From the NCBI GenBank assembly GCA_001179505.1, contig CDMY01000839.1, positions 1 to 16,073 of the forward strand: a DNA stretch of 16,073 nt, given 5' to 3'. Below are positions 8,113 through 16,073 of the stretch, piece after piece (the first letter of the stretch is position 1; each line of letters begins with the position of its first letter). The translations under genes were made by a program, and so were the position numbers. The notes under the pieces are model-generated. The model saw only the letters and a list, made by a program, of their open reading frames with translations. It had not been told where the DNA came from and did not search any database. The stretch is from Vitrella brassicaformis CCMP3155 (Eukaryota > Protista > Chromerida).

Positions 8113-9789
8113 ATGCCTCCTCGTGTACCCAGGTGAGTGGCTCACAAGGAAGATAGACATAGGCAGCTCAGTCTACATGGATGCATGCGTGCGTGCATGC
8201 ATGTTTGTGTATGTTGTGGCTACGGGTGGCTGCCGACAGAGATGTGAGTCATCGCACCGTTCGCTTTTACCATCGCGCTTTTACCATCGCGTACATGCAA
8301 ACGAGTGCATTCACTGACGCAGGATCGATGGGGCACTCATGCGTGGCAACGGGAACGTTAGAGTCAACATCAATGCGATTGACGGTGTGGTGGTCGAGAT
8401 CCTGCTGTGCCATGATAAGATCACGTTGGGATGCCCTGAGGCAAATTCTGATAGACATACACATATGAGTGGCGCTTGCTTTCGCTTTTTCTGTGTGTGT
8501 GTGTGCGTGTGCGTGTGTGTCTGACTCACTTTGTCTTCACATACCTGCGCACACACGAGCGGAATTGCAGGGGGCATTCATAGTGCACGTTTCTTTGTGC
8601 ACACCTGCGCATACACGAGCGGACTTGCAGGGGGTATATAGAGTGAATGCTTCTGTGTACACAGGTTCAGGTCGATTCGTTGCCTTGCTGCGGACACACA
8701 CATCCATTGCGTACGAATGCAATGGATGCCACTCATCCACTCTCCTTCTGTTTGTACTTGCGCACCTGGAGGTGCCGCCTCTTGACCCATCAAGCAAGAG
8801 GTCTCCGTCTTGCTCGTCGTCGCTTTGCTACAGGAACGAAGCAGACTCGAATGCGCCGTCCCGACTGTACCGGACTGTAATCATCCATAATCAGAGAAAG
8901 AAACAGCTCGGGGCTCCGAGCCCTTCCACAGCTTGGGGCTCAGGCCGTCCCTCCCAAAGAACCGTGAGGCAGGCGGTTTCATCGCGATCGTGCAGCGGTT
9001 TCACGTCATGCTCTACAGACTGTCTTCTTCCCTTTTTTCCTTTGAGCTTTCCCTTTCGTTGACCCTTTTGATCCTCTTCAGGTCGACGACCGCATCTTCT
9101 TGGTGCTTTCATCTTGTCCACGTGAGCTGTGAACACCAGAATGGTGTGTTCGAGGACATCGAGGGGTGAAAGCCACACAACATGACACACCAGGCTTCAC
9201 GCATACCACGGTGTCTTCTCTATCGGATTGCCTTCACAGGACTCTCGCTGCGGAGGCGCTAGAGATCCTGAGAGAGCGAGGAGGAGGCTCCATACAGGGG
9301 CAACAGATGGGCGTTCTCCTGCAGGCACGGGCTCCCCTGCCATGCTTCGCAAGGGCAAGAACACTCCTACTCTCTGCCTGTCCCAAGATCTCGATCCAAC
9401 GGCGTGCAGATGGGCAGCCTGTCTACTCGTTGGCTGACTGCGAGACTACTGTCGTGAAGGAGTCGGTGGCCATTTTGAGGGAGCGAGGAGGGGGGCCTGT
9501 GGATGGTATTCATATGGGCATTGCTCTGAGAAGCCGTTTGCCTTCCGCTATAGAATCGAAAAAGCATTCCCTGGTGGATGTGCTCTCCAAGTCCTCCGAA
9601 ATCGTGGTTATGAGGCGGAATGATGCGGCGAGGCAGCCGGTGTATCAATTGCGGGAGCGGCCAGTGAGCTTGTCAGCGAGCAGCAGCGAGGATCATGGAA
9701 ACGTGTGGCAGGGGACTACCTCTTCTTCCTCTTGTGATCACGGGCCTTTTGCGTGTTCTGATGATGCGGGAGTGCACCCACTAGCGTAA
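8113..9789 (+). CDS. Tentative six-exon gene or pseudogene ending in two LOTUS/OST-HTH-like repeats (exons 8113-8132, 8226-8243, 8323-8464, 8772-8963, 9082-9121, 9194-9789)
   Basis: Introns 8244-8322 (GTGAGT...CTGACGCAG) and 9122-9193 (GTGAGC...ACCAG) are canonical, and all exons join in frame from ATG 8113. The model needs two non-canonical sites: a CGG acceptor at 8223-8225 and an ATGAGT donor at 8465. The last exons are much better supported than the first ones. Confidence 0.4.
8540..8660 (-). repeat. About two diverged, inverted copies of the 1-673 minisatellite unit
   Basis: The reverse complement reads CACAGAAGCATTCACTCTATATACCCCCTGCAAGTCCGCTCGTGTATGCGCAGGTGTGCACAAAGAAAC..., colinear with the array consensus. 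Confidence 0.8.
9253..9651 (+). other. Two tandem winged-helix LOTUS/OST-HTH-like domains
   Basis: EALEILRERGGGSIQGQQMGVLLQARAP...ISIQRRADGQPVYSL and ESVAILRERGGGPVDGIHMGIALRSRLP...IVVMRRNDAARQPVYQL align with each other. The duplication is certain; the LOTUS family call is by eye. Confidence 0.55.
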
Positions 9790-10481
9790 CTAACGATCTA
9801 CAGGGGGGTAACAGTACAGATGTTCAGGTGCGAAGAAGCGAGGCCCTGTACTCTCGTCTCCTCGCCCTTCCCCTCTCCTGTTTCCCCGATGATCGACGCT
9901 TCAGATGCCAAATAGACGGCGCTGTGCGATTTCTACTCGATTACAGTATCTACACAAGTACTGCTCTGGTCCTGCAGTATCGAGTTGTTCGTCGGTTGCT
10001 TGTGGATGCAGGGTAGGTGCCCTCGCGACACAGCAAGTGTGTCACTTTCCGGCCATCCATTTCGTGTCTGTCTTGTACACGCTGTCAGGAGCCAATTCAG
10101 GTGCGACAGGATGCAATCGGGGCGATGCCTGTCACTATGCCCACTCGCAGGCTGAACTGAAGAGTTGGAGGTAAGATATTGTCCAACCCAATCGTAAAAC
10201 TCATGCATGACTTGTCATCGTTTTAGGGCTCTTGCTCAGGCCAAGGCGCCCCCATGCTCCCCTATCTTCGAGCAACATGGGGCAGCAGAGTTGTGGATGC
10301 AGAACCCACTGCTGTACGAGCCACTGCTCTCAAGCACACCATGAACAAGAAAACGCAAACGACCGAGTAAGGAAAGAAAGATGATTGAGTGTGCATTTGT
10401 GAAATTTTGCTTGCATGTTCGCAGGCCCGCTGATGTCGCCAGTGACGCAGGTGGTGTCATAAGTGGGTTGGAGAGGGAAAT

Positions 10482-10527
10482 CACAGAGTTTAGAGACATT
10501 CATCATATACACACACTCCAAGTCCAA
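10482..10527 (+). repeat. Isolated partial unit of the same minisatellite
   Basis: 10492-10527 reads AGAGACATTCATCATATACACACACTCCAAGTCCAA, nearly identical to array units. Confidence 0.93.
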
Positions 10528-11782
10528 GGCGGCCTTCGACTATGATCTGCCCCAGGTGGCACAGCACGGGATTCGGGTGGTATGGCTGGCCGTCCAGTTT
10601 TACGTGCGGTGTCTAGTAGTTGTTCCCGAGCGGCCAGTTCAGCCGGATGTTGAAGCTGCTGCAGTCGATCTCCCACACGTTCTTGTGCACTTTGTCCATA
10701 GCTGCTGGCCCCAGCCGGCCGACCCGCGTGCCCCCCTCCAACTTGCCGAGACTGTGCTTCAGAGCCCGATCGTTAGATGCATGGTACACAGACACACGGT
10801 CCGCTGCCTTGCAGATCGACGACGGCGTATTGAGCACGCTGTCGGGGACGTCTGCGCTCACCTGCACACACAGCGAGGGGCATTATGTATTCGTAAGGGA
10901 TTGCGTCTCCGCTCACCATGAAGATGTTGTGAAGAACACCTTCTATCGCATAGTTCTCGGCCGCACGAATGAGCGTCTTTCATAGAACGCGGTTGCCCAT
11001 GGAATATGCCATGATGCTCAGCTTCTTGTTCAATACCAGGTTAGACTCCGAGGTCGGGCAATGGCTATCGTTCCTCGGCTCGCAGCACCTTGGCAAGCAT
11101 TCGCTCGAATCCTGTTGCGGACGCATACGCAGATCGGCGATCATCCCAGTAATCTCGCACGTAGAGCCACTTGTCGCCACATGGCCAGATGAGACCTACC
11201 ACCTTCACCGTGCTCGCGTCGTCCCCTCTCTCAGCCATTGTGTTGAACTGCCCTTGGATGTTGGCCGCCTGGTCGAGCGCACTTGTGGGCTGCGTGTTGA
11301 AGCCATGAATGGAGAACAGCACATGCTCAGCCTTGCTGTTGAGCAGACGCTTTAGAAGATCCCCAGAGAATATCTCTTGGTGTTCCTGGTCAGTGCCGCT
11401 CTGGCAGAAGCGGACGCTAGCTGAGGGATCGTTATCTGCCTCATCGAAGCTCACGGGACGGATGGGCTCCTCTGTCCCACCAAGGACGTTCGTTCGGTGG
11501 TTGGTGATGAACAGGAGCTCTCTGCACGCACGTGCATAACACATTCATCCGACAGGCAGACAATGAAGGCATGGTTGCACGGCTGAGGTTCCGCATCGTG
11601 ATGCGTGTAACTCACCCGTCGGGGTCCACATCGTTTCGTCGGCTCTTGAGGGACGTAATGCAGCTCTTCAGGGGAGATCCATCAGAGCCGTGCAAGAAGC
11701 CAACCGGTGCGCCAGCTGGGGGGTCATGGCAGCGCACAACAGGGAGCGCGACGCACACCAGCAGAAGGCCCAATAACTTCAT
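10528..11782 (-). pseudogene. Secreted alpha/beta-hydrolase, DUF900/COG4782-like; three exons (11782-11616, 11521-10917, 10861-~10528); disabled
   Basis: Signal-peptide-like MKLLGLLLVCVALPVVRC at 11782. Canonical introns at 11615-11522 and 10916-10862. Motifs: FSIHGFN, GLIWP, Y.DDRRSAYAS, IMAYSMGNRVL, VSADV, VYHASNDRAL..S, RLG, IDCS. Lesions: frameshift near 11075, TGA at 10980-10982 and TAG at 10613-10615. Confidence 0.85.
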
Positions 11783-12333
11783 TGGCTGAAACACAAAACA
11801 CTCATCATGCATCTTACGTCAAATGAAGCATGCAGTCTGTCTCCATTGCGCTCACTGTTCTCAATAGTTCTGGACCTCTTCTTTCTGGCGGGGCTGATGT
11901 TTCAGCGCACGCGTCCTTGAACGAGCACCCGTAGGCTCGTGAGCAGCCTCGGCTGTGGCCAAGCAACCCAGCTTGTGCAGCTTGTACAATCACGAGCCTG
12001 CGTTGGCCACAATGATCAGCAAATGAGATGGATGAAATACACTGCCCGTCGCCTGCCCGTTGCTCTGCTTTGCATGTGGCGCGTACCTGAAGCTGCTTCG
12101 GCACGTAAACCGCGTCCTGCAGCAGCTCCGGAAACAGTTACACGCTCTCGACCCTGGAAGCCTGCGAGCTGAGAGGCATTCCACGAAACCGCTCTCTCGA
12201 GAGAGCAAACAGATAGCGCAGAGAGAAGACAACTTTGTGTTTTTCTCGCCAGAGAAGTGCCCAGACTACTTCTCATCGCGTCGCTTTCTCATCTGTCGGT
12301 CAGTCGTCCGTGTGTCGGTCATCGTTCGAACAG

Positions 12334-13538
12334 GGCAACACGCCAGCCATCATACGCATGCCTGATGCTCACGGTCTTCGAACTGCCATAGACCAACACA
12401 CTCAGCAGGTACACGCACACTCACACAAACACAGGGAGATGGGCGCGTATCACTCTTGTGCAACCCTTGTGCAACTCTTGCGCAGGTATCCAGGCCAGTC
12501 GATTCGCATCAGAGGGGGCTTTCCATGCATGAGGACCAACAGCAGGCACGAGCACAGACACAGACACTTGCATGCTCTCATGCTGCACGCGGGTGTGCAT
12601 ACTCACTTGCCCGTTCGTTCTCCAGCGTGAGCGTGAGGCTGCTTGGGAGCGGCAACGTCAAGAGGAGGAGTGTCCACCCCTTGGCGTTTTTGAGGCCGTG
12701 ATGGCCGGCGATGTGCAGTCCGTCGCTCAGCTGATCGACGTGCACGGCAAGGAAATACTCGACAAACAAGACAAAAACGAAGTACGTGGGAAGAAGAAAT
12801 GCACTCAAAGGTGTGGACTCCTTTCATTGTGGGCGCGTTTTATGGTGATTGCGGCATCCATCCTTGCAGGACACACCCTTCATTAAGGCTGCGTACTATG
12901 GCATGTCGGCGTCATGTCGGTCATGTATGAGAGATATGGGCCGTCGATACTGCAACAAACAGACAAGGTACCAAACCATCTGTGCTGTTGGTGATGATGA
13001 TATGCATTGGCTGTGGAATGCAGGATGGGTGGACTGCAATGCACTGGGCTGCCATGTATGGCCGGCTTGCAGCTGTGCACCAACTGCTGGAGTGGAGCGG
13101 CGGTGGTCCCGAGCTGGTCAATGCACGCGACTGGGTAACAGCGTGCACACGTCTCCGACGCCTCCTTGTGTCGATTGCATGTGTATGTGTCGATTGCAGC
13201 AAGGCGCCACGCCGTTCATCACTGCTGCCACGAAGGGCCAAGTCAATGTGATGAAGATGATGTACGCCAGAGCAGGGAAGGTCCTCCTCTCACGGATAGA
13301 CAACGTAAGGGACACAAAAGGACAACGTGAGAAATACGTGAAGACACACAGAACAACACATGAAGACATACAGAATGCTTTTCATCTGCTTGACTGTCCT
13401 TCCCCTTGTACGTGACACATACAGGGTGGAAACACGGCGCTCCATTTGGCTAGACGAGATGGCCAACATGCCGCTGAGGCCCAGCTGTGAGAGACACAGA
13501 TGAATCATAAGATGACCTACTCTTTATCTCTCCTCTCC

Positions 13539-13573
<35 letters not shown>

Positions 13574-14960
13574 GTCTCTGTGTGTGTGTGTGTGTGTGTG
13601 TCTGTGAAACAGGCTGGAATGGGGTGAGACGCCTCTCGTGCAAATCAAAAACAATATTGTAAGTGCACACAGAGTTGTAATATATCGATCGGTGGTTGAT
13701 CCACTACGGTCATCCGAACAGGGCAACACGGCCAACACGCGTGCTACCTCTATTGGCGTTGATTGTCGCATACAAGATGGTGAGCGTGAAGATGAGGCTG
13801 CTTGGGCGTGGCAACGTCAAGAGAAGGAGAAGCGTCAAGAGAAGGAGAAGCGCCTGGAGCGTGAGGTGGACCTGAACCTGCAGATGGGAGGGTTGGTGCG
13901 AGAAGACATCCGCAGCCGTCTTGAGTCCTACGGCTCTATGGCCATCATTGCATCGCTTTCAACGGGCTTTGCCTTCACGGTGCTGACCAATTCTGACAGC
14001 AAGTTCGAGAAGCTCGAGGAGGCTCCGTATGCCATACGCGTGATATTCAGTTTGACCACTGCCCTCGCTATTGGCTGTGGTGCTTATGCGACGCTGGTGC
14101 TTGTGGTGCTACAGTCGACTGGCCACGCTGCTCTCGGCCATGGTGGTCTGAAGTTCCCCTCTGAGCTGGCCTGGCGTTTTGATCGAGGCATCCTCCAAAC
14201 AACATGCTCGAGTATCTTCCACACCTCTGCACTCCTAGGCGTGTTCCTCAGTATCGCGTCCGTCTTCTTCAACGCCATCTGCATGTTTTACATGCATCTT
14301 TATTATGCGGCCAGGGCCCAGGAGATCGAGCCCACCAATGCCACCGACGACGTGGCTATGAAAGCGAATACAGGCCTGTTGCGTATCTGTGAATCTACCC
14401 TTGTGGTCTTCTTCTTTCTCGGGACCTTCGCGTGGCTTTGGTACTTAGCCATGTACCAAAACAAGGTGTCCAAGGTGGCCCAGTTGTTGCGGGAACAAGT
14501 GAAGGAGTGGACTAATTTAAGGAACGCTGATGCGCCGAAATGGAACGAGAAGAGACGCAAGGCGCTGAACAATGTTCAGTCGGATTGGTTATTGCCGCTC
14601 TATCTGCCTTTCCCTAGCAAGGCTTATGAGGAGGGCCAATCTAGGCAAACTATGGCCATCCGCACGCCTGGGTTTATGCGACTGGCCATTTTTGAGGATC
14701 CGCACGCTTCGGTGAACAAGCATGCCTGCACAAAAGCAGAACAACAACTTCGGATGGACCTTGCTGAAACTGATGTTTGTTCCCTCGAGTCCCCCTGGTC
14801 CATCGCACACGAGGAGCCGACTCGTGAAGCGACCGCACGCCCCACTTCGCAGAGGGCTGCCTACCGAGGTCAGGAAGGATTTTGGCTTCGCTTGAGGCGT
14901 TTGCTTTGCTGCTATCGTTCTGACGACTCGAATTCGTCTCGTGAAACTCGGGTGGCTTAG
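12334..14960 (+). CDS. Ankyrin-repeat protein with a C-terminal 4-TM domain (exons 12334-12408, 12626-12781, 12870-12967, 13024-13134, 13200-13304, 13425-13486, 13613-13658, 13722-14960); one frameshift; 5' end not identified
   Basis: Ankyrin repeats: DTPFIKAAYYG(H)VGVM, DGWTAMHWAAMYGRLAAVHQLL, QGATPFITAATKGQVNVMKMM, GGNTALHLARRDGQHAAEAQLLEW. All introns are GT-AG and keep frame, except that exon 12870-12967 is 98 nt (1-nt loss at TATGGCATG). The last exon has a charged coiled-coil-like stretch and four hydrophobic segments between 13911 and 14456. Confidence 0.82.
13528..13602 (+). repeat. Intronic (CT)n(GT)n microsatellite
   Basis: Visible directly inside intron 13487-13612. Confidence 0.95.
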
Positions 14961-14999
14961 GTAGGCTCAGGTAGTATTCTTTTGTTTCCCGTCTAGCAG

Positions 15000-15744
15000 T
15001 GCGTCTGTAGAAATCTGGTGGTTTGCGCACTCACTTCAACTTGCACTTCACTGCTCTGGCGGGCTGTGGTATTTCTGTGTCTTTCATGTGATCTTTTTCG
15101 CCTTCTCTTGTCTCTGCACAGAGCCGTCGCCAACAGTGTGACAGGCTCCCCTTCTCTTTGTGAGCCAATGAATGCTCTTTTTCTCTGTGTCGATGGCTGT
15201 GTGGCTGCTGACTGCATGTCTTGTTTGCGACGGAAGGGGATGGGCGGGGTGCAAGGGATAGCTGCTCGTGTGTGTGCCTGTGGAGGGATGCTCACTGTAG
15301 ATGCTCCCCTCCAACCATCATTCGATTTGGTCTCGAGATGACCAATCGAATGATCAATCGAATGAACTACGGTGCATGGTGGGAGGGACCCTCGCGGAAT
15401 CGAGGTGAGCGCTTGCATGTATAAGGAAGTGTCTTTGGGTTGACATGTGGGGCTGGCTAGTGAATTGTGGATTTTTTGCCCCCTGTCCAGTAATGCGTCT
15501 GTAGCATTTTGGTGATTTATGCACGCGCTTTCGAGTTGCATATCACTCTGGCAGGCGTCTTTCATGTGGCCTTTTTCGCCTCCTCTGGTCCCTGCATTGA
15601 GCCGTCGCCAACAGTTGTGATTGGCCTCCTGCTTTTTGTCGAGCCTCTTATAGGGATGCCTGCGCCGATGAATGAATGCTCTCTTTCTCTGTGTCAGGGG
15701 CCTGTTAACTATGCGGCTGCTGACTGCATGTCTTGGTTGCGACG
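15000..15744 (+). repeat. Diverged direct repeat: 15000-15232 and 15494-15744
   Basis: Colinear shared blocks: TGCGTCTGTAG, GTCTTTCATGTG, CTTTTTCGCCT, GAGCCGTCGCCAACAGT, ATGAATGCTCT.TTTCTCTGTGTC and GGCTGCTGACTGCATGTCTTG.TTGCGACG. Confidence 0.9.
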
Positions 15745-16073
15745 CCTCCTGCATGGGGTTTGTGTGTCACTTTCGTTGTGACTGCAGCCAGTCAATGTCC
15801 AAGCACTTTTTCGGATCCACCAGATGGAGAGCTTTTGGTAGCCAGTCCCGTCCAAGTCGGTGGGGCATCGCACGCGTGTGAGTATGTATGTGTGCATGCA
15901 TGTATTATCTGTCTGTAAGCACGTATGCATGTGGCACAACAGCCGATCCACCATCCATCCATCCAAGCATAAGTATATATACCCCCCATGATTGAGTTGG
16001 TGATTTCTCGGCTGTTTCTCCTCCTTTTCGGATGAGCGAGCGTGTATCGGACTACACCCAACCCCCTCCACCT

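Noticed and set aside
8320-8990. Alternative minus-strand spliced gene
   Set aside because: Some splice-like sites exist, but no continuous frame could be assembled. The plus-strand model has better donors, a branch point and frame continuity.
11940-12330. Further upstream ankyrin exons (…LYNHEPALATMISK*DG*NTLPVAC…)
   Set aside because: It is faintly ankyrin-like but has two stops and no convincing splice sites; too weak to call.
14993-15754. 253-aa minus-strand ORF
   Set aside because: It spans the non-coding direct repeat and has no motifs; it is probably a chance ORF.

Overview
Eukaryotic genomic DNA. Short GT-AG introns, (GT)n/(CT)n microsatellites, GC-rich exons and ankyrin repeats split by introns suggest a chromerid such as Vitrella; this is an inference, not checked. 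The window is an accessory, transposon-rich region in which most coding segments are damaged. Contents left to right: (1) a ~60-bp minisatellite array (1-673) joined to the 3' part (Zn knuckle plus restriction-like endonuclease, RLE) of a CRE-like non-LTR retrotransposon; (2) an apparently intact two-exon gene whose N-terminus resembles a gasdermin-like pore-forming domain, fused through a Pro-rich linker to a ubiquitin-like domain with an internal LRAGG; (3) a second, 5'-truncated CRE-like RT-RLE element on the minus strand with three nonsense codons and a frameshift; (4) head-to-head with it, a gag-like (UBN2-type) relic with a non-canonical CCCH finger; (5) a tentative spliced gene ending in two LOTUS/OST-HTH-like repeats; (6) a spliced, signal-peptide-bearing DUF900-like alpha/beta-hydrolase pseudogene whose 3' end meets the minisatellite at the same nucleotide as in (1); (7) a multi-exon ankyrin-repeat gene ending in a 4-TM Orai/PGG-like membrane domain, with one frameshift; (8) a diverged ~240-bp direct repeat. 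The best candidates for novelty are the gasdermin-like/Ubl fusion, the ankyrin/4-TM protein and the recurrent CCAAGTCCAA junction. All family assignments come from motif recognition by eye; no searches were run.
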